From positions 1 to 37,560 of the forward strand of contig JAUSJU010000058.1 in the NCBI GenBank assembly GCA_030647175.1: DNA of 37,560 nucleotides. The letters are read 5' to 3'. This stretch comes from a bacterium. Lineage in GTDB: Bacteria; Patescibacteriota; Minisyncoccia; Minisyncoccales; UBA10102. Below the pieces are notes generated by a model, which did no database searches, was not told the DNA's origin, and saw only the letters and a program-made list of their open reading frames with translations. A program made the translations under genes and the position numbers. This document shows, in pieces, positions 15,546-24,727 of this stretch (its first letter is position 1; the number at the start of each line of letters is the position of its first letter).

Positions 15546-15575
15546 CATTGAAAAAAGCTCGCTGAAATGATACCT

Positions 15576-15581
15576 TAGAAT
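15576..15581 (+). promoter_or_regulatory. -10 box TAGAAT, 6 nt upstream of the PBP ATG (leaderless-type)
   Basis: TAGAAT-ACGTAC-ATG(15588). The upstream region is A-rich and there is no good -35. Confidence 0.4.
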
Positions 15582-15587
15582 ACGTAC

Positions 15588-17525
15588 ATGGTAAAAAAGA
15601 TCTCTAGGGGCGGCAAGAAATACCCGTTGCAAAAAATAATCCAGGTTACTCTCGTTGGCTGCCTTGTTGCATTTGTTGGGACGGCTGGCCTTTTCTTGTT
15701 CTATGCGAAAGACCTCCCTCGCCCCGAAAAGTTCACCGAGCTTTCCTTCGCTCAGTCCACAAAGATATTTGACAGGACGGGGGAGCACCTCCTCTATGAG
15801 ATCTACGGGGAAGAGAAGCGGGAGAACATCCCTCTAGACAAAGTTTCCCCGCTCCTGAGAGAAGCGATCATATCCGTAGAGGATGCCGATTTCTACCACC
15901 ACCACGGAATCGACCCTAAAGGAATCCTAAGATCCCTTTTGGTAAACGTAAGATCTCTGGCTCCGGTCCAAGGAGCAAGCACCCTCACCCAGCAACTGGT
16001 GAGGACTTCCTTCCTCTCCCGCACGAAAACCGTGGAGCGAAAAGTGAAAGAGCTCATTCTCACCCTTGAGCTCGAACGAAGATATTCAAAAGATCAGATA
16101 CTGGAGTTTTACCTCAACCAGGTTCCATTAGGCTCCAATGCCTACGGAGTAAGCGAAGGGAGCAAGCTGTTCTTCGGGAAAGTTGCTTCTGATCTTTCCT
16201 TGGAGGAATCGGCTGCTATGGCGGCTCTTATTAAGGCGCCTTCCTTCTATTCTCCGTTCGGCCCCCATAGGACAGACCTCTTAGACAGGAAAGACTATGT
16301 ATTGGACCGCATGGAAGAGAATGGATACCTTACCAAGGAGGAACGGGATGCCGCAAAAAACAAAGAGATTACATTCATGGATCCCTCAGAGAATATTGCA
16401 GCTCCTCATTTTTCTTTGGGGGCGGTAGCTGAATTATCTGAAACGTATGGGGAAGATTTTCTCAGAGAGAACGGGTTGCGCGTGAAAACTACCCTGGACT
16501 GGGAACTCCAGCAAGCGGCAGAAAAGGCGGTCAAAGAGTTTGCGGAAGCGAATATCGCCTACGGAGCGCATAACGCCGCACTTGTCGCAATTGATCCGAG
16601 AACAGGGGAGGTTTTGGCCATGGTGGGGTCCAAGAACTGGTTCGGGGATTCAGAACCCGAAGGCTGTACATCGGGATCTACGTGCGCGTTTGATCCGAAG
16701 CTCAATATCGCCACAGCGAGCCCTGGGAGGCAACCGGGATCTGCATTCAAGCCGTTCGTCTACGTCACCGCTTTTGCAAAGGGAAGCACCGAGGATACCG
16801 TCGTAGTAGACGAACTCACGAACTTCGGGATGTGGGGCGACGAAACCTACTCCCCGCAAAACTATGATGGGAAGTTCCGTGGTCCCGTAACCTTGCGCCA
16901 AGCGCTGGCTCAATCATTGAACGTCCCTGCGGTAAAAGTGCTCAATGATCTGGCCGGGCTCCCAGATAGCATCTCCACCGCGCAAGCAATGGGTATCACC
17001 ACGCTTGATAAGGGCCCCTCGTTCTATGGCTTGTCTCTTGTGCTCGGAGGAGGCGAGGTGAAACTTCTTGATATGGTTTCAGCGTACGGGGTGTTTGCGA
17101 ACGAAGGAAAGCGCGTGCCCTCCTTTGATATCCTTGAGGTGCGTGACAGCAAAGATAATGTGCTGGAGTCTCGGAAGAAAACCCCCATCACGGTGCTCCC
17201 CGCCGAAGCCGTCTCGCAGATCACTGACATTCTTTCAGATAATGACGCCAGGGCTCCGGTATTCGGAGCGCGCTCTCCTTTATACTTCCCGAATGAGCGC
17301 GTCTCAGTAAAAACAGGGACAACCCAGGACTATAAGGACGGATGGATTATTGGATACACGAAAAACATTGTAGCAGGGGTTTGGGTGGGGAATAATGATG
17401 GAACCTTAATGAAAAAAGAGCCTGGCGTCGTAGTTGCCGGCCCCATGTGGCACCAATTCATGGATACTGCGATCCAATACTTAAAGGCGAGAACAGAGCC
17501 CAAGCCCGAAACCCCTACACCCTGA
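15588..17525 (+). CDS. class A penicillin-binding protein (PBP1A-type glycosyltransferase/transpeptidase)
   Basis: N-terminal TM anchor. GT51 motifs EDADFYHHHGID, GASTLTQQL and RKVKE. Transpeptidase motifs SAFK (SxxK) and KTGTT. Confidence 0.92.
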   Translation: MVKKISRGGKKYPLQKIIQVTLVGCLVAFVGTAGLFLFYAKDLPRPEKFTELSFAQSTKIFDRTGEHLLYEIYGEEKRENIPLDKVSPLLREAIISVEDADFYHHHGIDPKGILRSLLVNVRSLAPVQGASTLTQQLVRTSFLSRTKTVERKVKELILTLELERRYSKDQILEFYLNQVPLGSNAYGVSEGSKLFFGKVASDLSLEESAAMAALIKAPSFYSPFGPHRTDLLDRKDYVLDRMEENGYLTKEERDAAKNKEITFMDPSENIAAPHFSLGAVAELSETYGEDFLRENGLRVKTTLDWELQQAAEKAVKEFAEANIAYGAHNAALVAIDPRTGEVLAMVGSKNWFGDSEPEGCTSGSTCAFDPKLNIATASPGRQPGSAFKPFVYVTAFAKGSTEDTVVVDELTNFGMWGDETYSPQNYDGKFRGPVTLRQALAQSLNVPAVKVLNDLAGLPDSISTAQAMGITTLDKGPSFYGLSLVLGGGEVKLLDMVSAYGVFANEGKRVPSFDILEVRDSKDNVLESRKKTPITVLPAEAVSQITDILSDNDARAPVFGARSPLYFPNERVSVKTGTTQDYKDGWIIGYTKNIVAGVWVGNNDGTLMKKEPGVVVAGPMWHQFMDTAIQYLKARTEPKPETPTP

Positions 17526-18642
17526 GAGGCATGATGATATACTGATACCCCTCTTCTTGGACCCCCTTGAGAGAAGCCGGGCCGTCAGAACCATTCATTT
17601 TGAATTCTACGTCAGAAGTTTTGATATGGGAGAGCCCATCAATAAGGAACCTCCAGTTAAAAGACGCTTCTCCGCCCTTGCCCTCTATGGAGGCTTGGAG
17701 AGTGGAGTCGTTCTCCCCGAACTCGGCGCTTCTTGCGCTCAACTCAATAGCCTTCTTTTTGGGATCGGCAACAACGTGGATCTCCTGTATTTTGTTTGAG
17801 AAAATGCTTGCTGCTTTCAGTTGATTGAGAAGCTCTATTTTCTTCGCCTTGATTGTTGTCTGATACTTGCTGGGAATCACGTCTTGATAGTTAGGGTATT
17901 CCCCCTCTATGAGGCGGGATATGATCTGGATGCTCGGCTCTGAGGGATTTTGAGGGGCGTGGTAATCAAAGAGCACCTGGTTGGCAGATAATGATATCTC
18001 CACCGAAGATGTTTTTTCTGAGAATATGTTCAAAATCTCCCGCGCGCCCTTCTGGGGAAGGATAAAGTGAGCGTCAACCCCGTTCTCTTTTTCTAGGGGG
18101 AGAGTTTTCTCTCCGAGGCGGAAGCTGTCGGTCGCCACAACCCGGAGTTCTTTTTGGGAAAACGAGAAGAATATGCCGGATATTTCTGGTCTCGCCTGAT
18201 TTGGAGAAGCAAGCTGGGCTATTTGCGAAATCCCTTCGCATAAAAGTTGGGCTGGTATAGTAATGGAGAATTTGGGATTTTGGATGGGAGGGATGATGGG
18301 GAAGTCGTCTGCCGGGATTGTTTTGAGATTTGCTCTTTGATTTTTCCCTTTTACTAAAAGGGTTCCTTCTTTTGTTTCAAGATCAACTGATTGATCGGAA
18401 AGCAACCCCACGAACTGAGAAAGTGCTTTCGATGGTATAACCACAAGCCCTTCCTGTTCGTTCTTTGAAAGTATGGTGTAAGTGACCGCTATTTCTAAGT
18501 CCGTAGCTGAAAGCTCAAGCGTGTTTTTCGTAGCTGTCATGAGGATATTATTCAGCACGGGCAAGGAAAGAGACTTGGTTGCTATGCGCTCTACAACCAT
18601 CAGTCCCTCTTTTAAGTTTTCTTTTAAAACACTTGATTTCAT
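17515..18642 (-). CDS. dnaN: DNA polymerase III beta sliding clamp
   Basis: 375 aa, immediately downstream of dnaA. It has a clamp-type N-terminus (L..V..I..K.SLPVLNNILM) and three-domain length. Confidence 0.88.
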   Translation of the reverse strand: MKSSVLKENLKEGLMVVERIATKSLSLPVLNNILMTATKNTLELSATDLEIAVTYTILSKNEQEGLVVIPSKALSQFVGLLSDQSVDLETKEGTLLVKGKNQRANLKTIPADDFPIIPPIQNPKFSITIPAQLLCEGISQIAQLASPNQARPEISGIFFSFSQKELRVVATDSFRLGEKTLPLEKENGVDAHFILPQKGAREILNIFSEKTSSVEISLSANQVLFDYHAPQNPSEPSIQIISRLIEGEYPNYQDVIPSKYQTTIKAKKIELLNQLKAASIFSNKIQEIHVVADPKKKAIELSARSAEFGENDSTLQASIEGKGGEASFNWRFLIDGLSHIKTSDVEFKMNGSDGPASLKGVQEEGYQYIIMPLRV

Positions 18643-18840
18643 TTCGTATGTAATAATATATTCTTAATTATTATTAGGGTTATTGTTATTGGTGTTGTGG
18701 ATAGTAAATTGTTTGAGATTAAATACATAGAGAACCGAGGTGTGGAAAATCTGGGGGGAGATGGGGGGAATAAAATAGGTGACGAGTTTGGCGAAAGATT
18801 TCCCCCTCCCTATCCACAAAGTGATCCACACTTATCCCCC
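18643..18840. other. candidate oriC segment: AT-rich unwinding region plus DnaA-box cluster in the dnaA-dnaN spacer
   Basis: The AT-rich run at 18643..18720 is followed by these boxes: TGTGGATAG (18696..18704), TGTGGAAAA (18741..18749), CTATCCACA (18810..18818), TGATCCACA (18822..18830) and TTATCCCCC (18832..18840). Consensus is TTATCCACA. Confidence 0.6.
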
Positions 18841-20187
18841 ATACACGCGTTGCCGTATTAATGACAGCTCGTCGGCCAAGGACTCTGACTCATCCAGTTC
18901 TTTTGCTATTTTGTCGCACGCGTAAATGGCCGTGGTGTGGTCTTTCCCTCCAAACTTCTTTCCTATGAAAGGGTAGGAGCATTTCAACTCGTCTCGCATT
19001 AAAAACATTGCGATCTGCCGGGGCCTTACCACTTCTTTCTTGCGGGATGCTGCGATAAGCTCCCGTTCTTTGAGGTCATAAAACTCAGCGACCATCTGGA
19101 TTATCTTTCTAGGGTTTACATTAGTGCTCTTGTCCTGGATGACGTTCTTGAGAAACGCCTTGGCTTCCTGCAACGAAGGCTTCTTATTATGGAGGCTTTG
19201 GAACGCAAGAACCCTGTTCAGGGCGCCTTCCAGCTCCCGTACGTTTCTTTGGATGTGGGAGGCGATGTACTCGTATATTCCTTCCTCAAATTCAATAGAA
19301 AGCTCCTGAGCCTTTGTTTTTAATATAGCTAATCGCGTTTCAAAGTCAGGGTGCCCAATATCAGCTATCATCCCGCCCTCAAAACGTGACCTCAAACGAT
19401 CTTCGATCGCCGGAATAGCCTTGGGAGACCGGTCCGAGGAAAAAATAATCTGCTTGCCCTGCTCGTACAAGGCGTTGAACGTGTGAAAGAGCTCTTCCTG
19501 GGTTTTGTCTTTCCCGGCCAAGAACTGCACGTCATCTATAATAAGGACGTCTGTCTCTCTGTATGCGCTCCGGAATGCGTCCACCTGCCTATTCCTAATG
19601 GCGGAGACGACCCCTGACGTGAAACGCTCTGACGAAACATAGCGGATCTTTTTCTGCGGGGATTCCTGGAAGAACTGGTTCCCCACAGCTTGCAGGAGAT
19701 GGGTTTTCCCGAGCCCCACTCCTCCATACACAAAGAGCGGGTTGTATGAATGCCCAGGATTTTTTAATATTCCTAAGGAAGCTGCATGAGCCAGCTCATT
19801 AAAGGGGCCTACGATAAAGTTTGAGAATGTGTACCTGGGGTTGAGGTTGGTGGTCTTATTCACCTTCAATCCTTGGAGCTCAAGCTGGGGTTCTTGCCGG
19901 AGGGTTTGCTGGAGGAAAGGAGCTTCTTTTACGAGAGCCTCGGGTTTCCCCACCATGTACCTCACTTCTTTCACTTCTCCGTTCAACTCGCGGATAATTT
20001 TGAATATGACCTTGCTGTATTTATTTTCCAGCCATTCTTTAGAAAAGCTGTTCGGGACGCCCACCACAAGCTCCCCCTCCTTATGAGAAAGAATGGACGT
20101 GTTTTTAAACCACGTCGCAAATCCTGCTTTTGAAACGTGGAACTGGAGTTGGGCAAGGGTTGCTTGCCAGAGTTCTTGGGTGTCCAT
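18832..20187 (-). CDS. dnaA: chromosomal replication initiator DnaA
   Basis: MDTQELWQATLAQL N-terminus, Walker A GGVGLGKTHL, DVLIIDDVQF, and a C-terminal DNA-binding domain (GGKDHTTAIYACDKI). The ORF-track TTG at 20226 and the ATG at 20211 are alternative starts. Confidence 0.92.
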   Translation of the reverse strand: MDTQELWQATLAQLQFHVSKAGFATWFKNTSILSHKEGELVVGVPNSFSKEWLENKYSKVIFKIIRELNGEVKEVRYMVGKPEALVKEAPFLQQTLRQEPQLELQGLKVNKTTNLNPRYTFSNFIVGPFNELAHAASLGILKNPGHSYNPLFVYGGVGLGKTHLLQAVGNQFFQESPQKKIRYVSSERFTSGVVSAIRNRQVDAFRSAYRETDVLIIDDVQFLAGKDKTQEELFHTFNALYEQGKQIIFSSDRSPKAIPAIEDRLRSRFEGGMIADIGHPDFETRLAILKTKAQELSIEFEEGIYEYIASHIQRNVRELEGALNRVLAFQSLHNKKPSLQEAKAFLKNVIQDKSTNVNPRKIIQMVAEFYDLKERELIAASRKKEVVRPRQIAMFLMRDELKCSYPFIGKKFGGKDHTTAIYACDKIAKELDESESLADELSLIRQRVYGG

Positions 20188-20284
20188 GAGCAATATGAGG
20201 TATGGGGCCATTATGCCCCATAGCAAGGAACGAAGTCAAAATGGGCGTGAGGCCCGGCGTTCTGTTGAAAACCTGGGGAAAACA

Positions 20285-20293
20285 TGTTAATGT
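20285..20293 (+). promoter_or_regulatory. extended -10 box TGTTAATGT, 7 nt upstream of rpmH ATG
   Basis: TGTTAATGT-AAACACC-ATG(20301). There is no SD. Confidence 0.4.
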
Positions 20294-20300
20294 AAACACC

Positions 20301-20435
20301 ATGAGTCTAACCTATAATCCTAAAAAGAAGAAGCGGAGGAGAACCCACGGGTTCTTAGCGCGCAAGAGGAAAAAGGGCGGAAGAGTCCTTTTGAGCAGGC
20401 GGAGAAAGGGGAGGAAAGAGCTGGTAAGGGAATAG
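20301..20435 (+). CDS. rpmH: 50S ribosomal protein L34
   Basis: MSLTYNPKKKKRRRTHGFLARKRKKGGRVLLSRRRKGRKEL is the canonical bL34 pattern. The ORF-track start at 20202 is an artefactual extension. Confidence 0.93.
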   Translation: MSLTYNPKKKKRRRTHGFLARKRKKGGRVLLSRRRKGRKELVRE

Positions 20436-20438
20436 CCC

Positions 20439-20780
20439 ATGCTTTCCAAGCCCAACCGTCTTGTCAGGCAGAGGGATTTCACCGCGCTTTTCGACAATGC
20501 GAAAAGCTTCCAAGGGAGAGAACTCGTCCTCAAGGTCTACGCAAAAGGAGGGAAAGGAGTGAGGATCGGAGTGATCATAAGCAAGAAAAGCGCAAAGAAA
20601 GCGGTTATGAGGAATCGTCTCAAGCGCCTGATCCGGGAAACGATGCGCGCATTCGTCCCGCTTTTTCCAGAGGGGACGGACATTGCCGTCATAACGCGCC
20701 CCGGGGTTGAGCGGGTTGAAGAGAAGCAGATTCTTTTCTCCCTCCGCCAGCTCGCAGAAAAAGCCCTGCGCTATCAATAA
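20439..20780 (+). CDS. rnpA: ribonuclease P protein component
   Basis: 113 aa basic protein directly after rpmH. KPNRLVRQRDF and VMRNRLKRLIRE (RNR motif). Confidence 0.88.
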   Translation: MLSKPNRLVRQRDFTALFDNAKSFQGRELVLKVYAKGGKGVRIGVIISKKSAKKAVMRNRLKRLIRETMRAFVPLFPEGTDIAVITRPGVERVEEKQILFSLRQLAEKALRYQ

Positions 20781-20791
20781 CCAGCCTACCT

Positions 20792-21433
20792 ATGGACATT
20801 ATTTCTTCAGCATTCCATTTTGCGGTATATCAGCCTTTGGCTACAACCCTCCTGTTTTTGTATAATGCGACCCCGTTGCACGATTACGGAGTCGCAGTGA
20901 TTCTTCTTACGCTGCTTACCCGGCTTCTTTTGTATCCCTTGAACACGCAGAGCATTAAAGCCCAGCAGAAACTTTCCCAGCTCCAGCCAAAACTCAAGGA
21001 GCTGCAGAAAACAATATCGGACAAAACAGAGCAGGCGAGAGCTACTCTCGAGCTCTATAAGAAAGAAGGAGTGAATCCTTTGAGCTCGCTCCTCCCCATC
21101 CTTATCCAGCTTCCTTTGCTGATTGGGCTGTGGCAGCTGTTTACCGCTCCTCCTCCAGACTCTATAAGCCCCATGTTCTTGGGGATTGTAAATCTTCAGG
21201 CCCCCCACTTTGTACTGGCTTTCGGAGCTGGTGTCGCCCAGTTCTTCCAGGCAAAATATTCCACGCCGTCTAAGGGAGGGAGTCAGACGATGCCGGCTCC
21301 CCTCCTGTTTTTCTTCCCTGTTTTCACGTTCCTCATCCTTTCTTCCCTGCCCTCTGCTTTAGGGCTCTATTGGTTTTCCTCCTCAGTATTTGGTATTCTG
21401 CAGCAATGGATCGTGACCAAAAAGCTCCAATGA
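20792..21433 (+). CDS. yidC: membrane protein insertase YidC (short Gram-positive/Oxa1 type)
   Basis: YGVAVILLTLLTRLLLYPL, KLQPKLKELQK, and GVNPLSSLLPILIQLPLLIGLW. Conserved rnpA-yidC-jag order. Confidence 0.88.
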   Translation: MDIISSAFHFAVYQPLATTLLFLYNATPLHDYGVAVILLTLLTRLLLYPLNTQSIKAQQKLSQLQPKLKELQKTISDKTEQARATLELYKKEGVNPLSSLLPILIQLPLLIGLWQLFTAPPPDSISPMFLGIVNLQAPHFVLAFGAGVAQFFQAKYSTPSKGGSQTMPAPLLFFFPVFTFLILSSLPSALGLYWFSSSVFGILQQWIVTKKLQ

Positions 21434-21897
21434 CCAAAGAACAGTTAGCTACAATTGAAGAGGTTGCCCAAGAGTTCTTCAGCCAGCTTGAGGTTGTGGG
21501 CGACATGGACGTGACCTCTCCGGCAGAGAATACAGCATCTATAGCTCTCACCATTGAGAACCCCGGGATGATTATCGGAGAGAACGGACAGACGCTGCTG
21601 GAGATCCAGCACCTGCTCCGCCGCATTCTGCAAAAGCGCATGAATATGCAATTGCCCCCTCAGGTGGCGCTTGACGTAAATAACTACCGGAAGGCGAAAG
21701 AAGAATATTTAAGGACAATGGCCAAGGAAGCAGCTGACGAAGTTCTCCTTCTGAAAAAAACCAAGGAGCTTCCTCCGATGTCATCGTTTGAACGCAGGGT
21801 TGTCCACGAGGAGATAGGGAAACGAGAAGGGCTGTCTTCAGAGAGTATAGGAGAAGGAGAAGACCGGAGAGTTGTGATCAAAGTCCGGTCACTCTGA
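21430..21897 (+). CDS. jag: Jag/KhpB RNA-binding protein (KH + R3H domains)
   Basis: KH-type GMIIGENGQTLLEIQHL and R3H-type SFERRVVHEEI...GEGEDRRVVI. The start at 21430 overlaps the yidC stop (ATGA). Confidence 0.85.
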   Translation: MTKEQLATIEEVAQEFFSQLEVVGDMDVTSPAENTASIALTIENPGMIIGENGQTLLEIQHLLRRILQKRMNMQLPPQVALDVNNYRKAKEEYLRTMAKEAADEVLLLKKTKELPPMSSFERRVVHEEIGKREGLSSESIGEGEDRRVVIKVRSL

Positions 21898-23679
21898 GGC
21901 CTCTGCCCGAGCTTTCCGTTCCAGGATGTCTTTCGGAGACGTGGTGACGATCTCGTGTTCTCTGGGAGAGGCGACTACTTTTACCGCAACATGTTTCTGC
22001 CCGGCAAAGAATATGCCTTCCCCGAGCTCTGTTTCCAAGAGGAGAGATTTTTCTGCACCCGTAAGGTTGAACGCTTTTTGTACAAGATCAATGGTAGCCG
22101 GCGACTGCTTGAGCAGGAGCTGCATGGAGGAGTTCGTGATGATGGGTTTTCCGTATTCTGACTTCATAAAGTCCCCTACATCCTGGGTGATGGTGGTTAC
22201 TCCCAGATAGTATTTCCTTGCTCGCTTTGCCATCCCATAGAGGAACGAGGCTCCGTCGTCTGATCTCATGATCCACCAGGCCTCATCCACTACGAGGATG
22301 CGCTTTTTTAATTCAGACCGCACTTTGTTCCACACGTACCGCATGATCATGTACATTGCCAAAGGCCTCAGCCCTTCTTCCATGTCGCGGATTCCAAACA
22401 CCACGAGTTTGTTGTTCGTGGTGATGTTAGAGGTCTGGTTGAAGAAGGAAGCATAGGTTCCTTTGGTGAATTTTCCCAATCTCCTCACTAAGGAGTCTGC
22501 CCCCTCCATGGTCTGGAGCACTTGTTCCAAGTCGCTCATGAGAGGGGTTTTTTCGTTCCAGGTTGCAGGGCTAGAAGTTGCGGTGATATCTTTTGCCGCA
22601 TAGGTTTCAGTAAGAGCCCTGTCCATAATCGCGTCTTCTTCAGGAGTTAATCCTCCGAGCATCAACCGCATCAATCCCACGAGGTTGATGATGTTGGACC
22701 TTAAGACGTCGTCTGCCGACTCATCCTCCCTGGGCATAGGAAGGTCGAAAGGATTGACATGGTTTTCAGAACTCAGAGAAATATCAAAGAATGATCCGCC
22801 CGCAGCTTCAGCTAAAGGTTTGTACTCGTTTTCAGGATCAAGAACAATGACGTCAACTCCGGTCATGACAGACCTCAATATCTCCAGCTTCACGGCGTAC
22901 GATTTTCCAGAGCCGGACTTTGCGAAGATAACTTCATTGGCGTTCTCTAGGCTGAACCTATCGAACAGGATGAGAGAATTGTTGTGCCGGTTGATCCCAT
23001 ACAGGATTCCTTCGCTGGAGCTTAAGTCAAAGGAAATAAAAGGGAATATGGAAGACAGCGGCCCCGTGTTCATGGTGGTGTGGATCTGCAAAAGGTCTAA
23101 CCCGTATGGGATTGCTGAGTTGAACCCTTCCTTCTGCTGGTACAGGGCCGGCTTGATGTACAAGAGCCTGGATTCAAAGATAGATCTCAGTTGCGTTTTT
23201 ATTCTCAGAAGATCTTCTGACGTCTCCCCGTAAATAGTGAGGTAGAGGCCGAGGCGGAACATCTTTTCCTGCGCTGTTTGCAGACGGTCTCGGAGAGTCT
23301 CAAGGTCTTGGAACCCGGTCTCCAAAGACGGGTCTCTCACCATGCCCTTTACCTGGCCTTCAAGGATCTCAGACTCCACCTCAGTCACCTTCCTCCTTAG
23401 CTGTTTTAACACCATAGAGGTATCTACAGGATGGGCGAACATGGAGATGTCCATGGGGACATCCATGTTGATGACCGGGGCCAGCCAGCCTGCCGTGAGG
23501 TATCTCGGGTAAGAGAACACGAAGAAGGAAACAGCAAGCCTCCCTCCCACATCAAGGTATTCAGACTCAATCTTCACCACCGCGGGAGCAATGATATCCT
23601 TTGCGGTGATGACGTCCTTTTCAAAGAGTTTCTCCGCAGACTTGGGGACCACCTGTTTTTTGAGAAATGGGAGTTGCAT
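21889..23679 (-). CDS. VirB4/TrbE/PrgJ-family T4SS ATPase, C-terminal 596-aa portion
   Basis: Walker A FAKSGSGKSYAV and Walker B RILVVDEAWWIM (DEAW typical of VirB4). The N-terminal segment IAPAVVKIESEYLDVGGRLAVSFFVFSYPRYL...DISMFAHPVD is like the mid-region of Gram-positive VirB4 proteins. Confidence 0.85.
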   Translation of the reverse strand: MQLPFLKKQVVPKSAEKLFEKDVITAKDIIAPAVVKIESEYLDVGGRLAVSFFVFSYPRYLTAGWLAPVINMDVPMDISMFAHPVDTSMVLKQLRRKVTEVESEILEGQVKGMVRDPSLETGFQDLETLRDRLQTAQEKMFRLGLYLTIYGETSEDLLRIKTQLRSIFESRLLYIKPALYQQKEGFNSAIPYGLDLLQIHTTMNTGPLSSIFPFISFDLSSSEGILYGINRHNNSLILFDRFSLENANEVIFAKSGSGKSYAVKLEILRSVMTGVDVIVLDPENEYKPLAEAAGGSFFDISLSSENHVNPFDLPMPREDESADDVLRSNIINLVGLMRLMLGGLTPEEDAIMDRALTETYAAKDITATSSPATWNEKTPLMSDLEQVLQTMEGADSLVRRLGKFTKGTYASFFNQTSNITTNNKLVVFGIRDMEEGLRPLAMYMIMRYVWNKVRSELKKRILVVDEAWWIMRSDDGASFLYGMAKRARKYYLGVTTITQDVGDFMKSEYGKPIITNSSMQLLLKQSPATIDLVQKAFNLTGAEKSLLLETELGEGIFFAGQKHVAVKVVASPREHEIVTTSPKDILERKARAEASE

Positions 23680-23681
23680 AG

Positions 23682-24320
23682 TTACCTGAATATTTCAGGA
23701 GGGATATCCGGATAGTACCCGATCTCAGCTTCTTTAGGGTGGTGCCAGCCCCACATCATTTCCATGAGCTCCTCGTTGCTCAGAGGGGCTGTTTTCAGTC
23801 CTACTCTGCGCAGTCCTAGGGCGACGAACTCCATGCGCTGCCAGAGCTGGAATTTCATGCGCTCAAACTCTTCCTCTGACATCTCGCCCGAAATCTTTGG
23901 AGCTTGGAACCCCTTCCGCTGTTCCATGGGTACGGTCTCAATGAGAGAAAAAGGGACTACCACGAAGAAGTTCTTTGCCATGATAGAAGCTCCCTGGATG
24001 AGTTGTTCCACAAATTGCCGGTAGTCTTGAGTGAGAGAGCGCATGAGATCGTTCTGCTGCTTCCCGTCCAGGTCCCTCAAGTAGTCCAGGTATCCTGTGA
24101 TGTTGAGGCGCCGCGACTGGATGAGGATTTGGAGGGAGAAATCAAGAGAATTGAGGAAATTCTGGAACTGGAAAATGGTGGCATCCTGCTCCTCTTCTGA
24201 TTTCAAGGCGAAGTTCTGGGCAGAAACCAGCATCACTCCCCGTATGGTCTTGTTTTTCAATACAAGAACGCCTTCCCGTATGGTTCCTATCTCAAGAAAA
24301 TCTTGTGCTGATTGAGGCAT
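23682..24320 (-). CDS. VirB4-family N-terminal domain encoded as a separate 212-aa ORF
   Basis: QDFLEIGTIREGVLVLKNKTIRGVMLVSAQNFALKSEEEQDATIFQFQNFLNSLDFSLQILIQS resembles the N-terminus of single-chain Gram-positive VirB4/TrsE/Orf16-type ATPases (from memory). Its TAA is followed by CT and then the ATG of the ATPase. Confidence 0.6.
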   Translation of the reverse strand: MPQSAQDFLEIGTIREGVLVLKNKTIRGVMLVSAQNFALKSEEEQDATIFQFQNFLNSLDFSLQILIQSRRLNITGYLDYLRDLDGKQQNDLMRSLTQDYRQFVEQLIQGASIMAKNFFVVVPFSLIETVPMEQRKGFQAPKISGEMSEEEFERMKFQLWQRMEFVALGLRRVGLKTAPLSNEELMEMMWGWHHPKEAEIGYYPDIPPEIFR

Positions 24321-24322
24321 AG

Positions 24323-24724
24323 TTATCTCCCGTCGAGCTTGCTCGACAGGCTCTTTAATTTGCTTTCTCTCGTAAGCGAAAGTTGTTCTGCGGTGAGATC
24401 TGGCATCGGAACTTCCTGGCTAGGTCCCGAAATGATGTTTGAGGCCCTCCCCTTTTTCCAGACGTATGTTTTTGTTCCCATAGTGAAGGAGAGGAATCCG
24501 ATGATAAGGGAAGGGAGAGATCTTCCGCTCATGCTGAAAAAAGCGAGAGAAGCCCCAATACCTACGACCAAGATTGTTCCTACAATAAATAAGGTGAATG
24601 GAAGCGTGAAATACATGACGAACGCAACAGCTCCCGCCGCTCCCACATAGAGGAATTGGCGGAATGTTAAGGGTCCTACGACCCGAGCTTCTCGTTCAAT
24701 GAATTGGGGAACTTGGAACTGCAT
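24323..24724 (-). CDS. PrgI-family (VirB3-like) small membrane protein
   Basis: MQFQVPQFIEREARVVGPLTFRQFLYVG followed by two TM helices. It lies immediately upstream of VirB4, as in Gram-positive T4SS loci. Confidence 0.75.
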   Translation of the reverse strand: MQFQVPQFIEREARVVGPLTFRQFLYVGAAGAVAFVMYFTLPFTLFIVGTILVVGIGASLAFFSMSGRSLPSLIIGFLSFTMGTKTYVWKKGRASNIISGPSQEVPMPDLTAEQLSLTRESKLKSLSSKLDGR

Positions 24725-24727
24725 AGA

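Noticed and set aside
18751-18770. Short repeated G6 blocks (CTGGGGGGAG ATGGGGGGAA), and a general scan for CRISPR-like or tandem repeats.
   Set aside because: There are only two short units and no repeat-spacer periodicity anywhere in the window. No cas genes, transposases or integrases were recognised.
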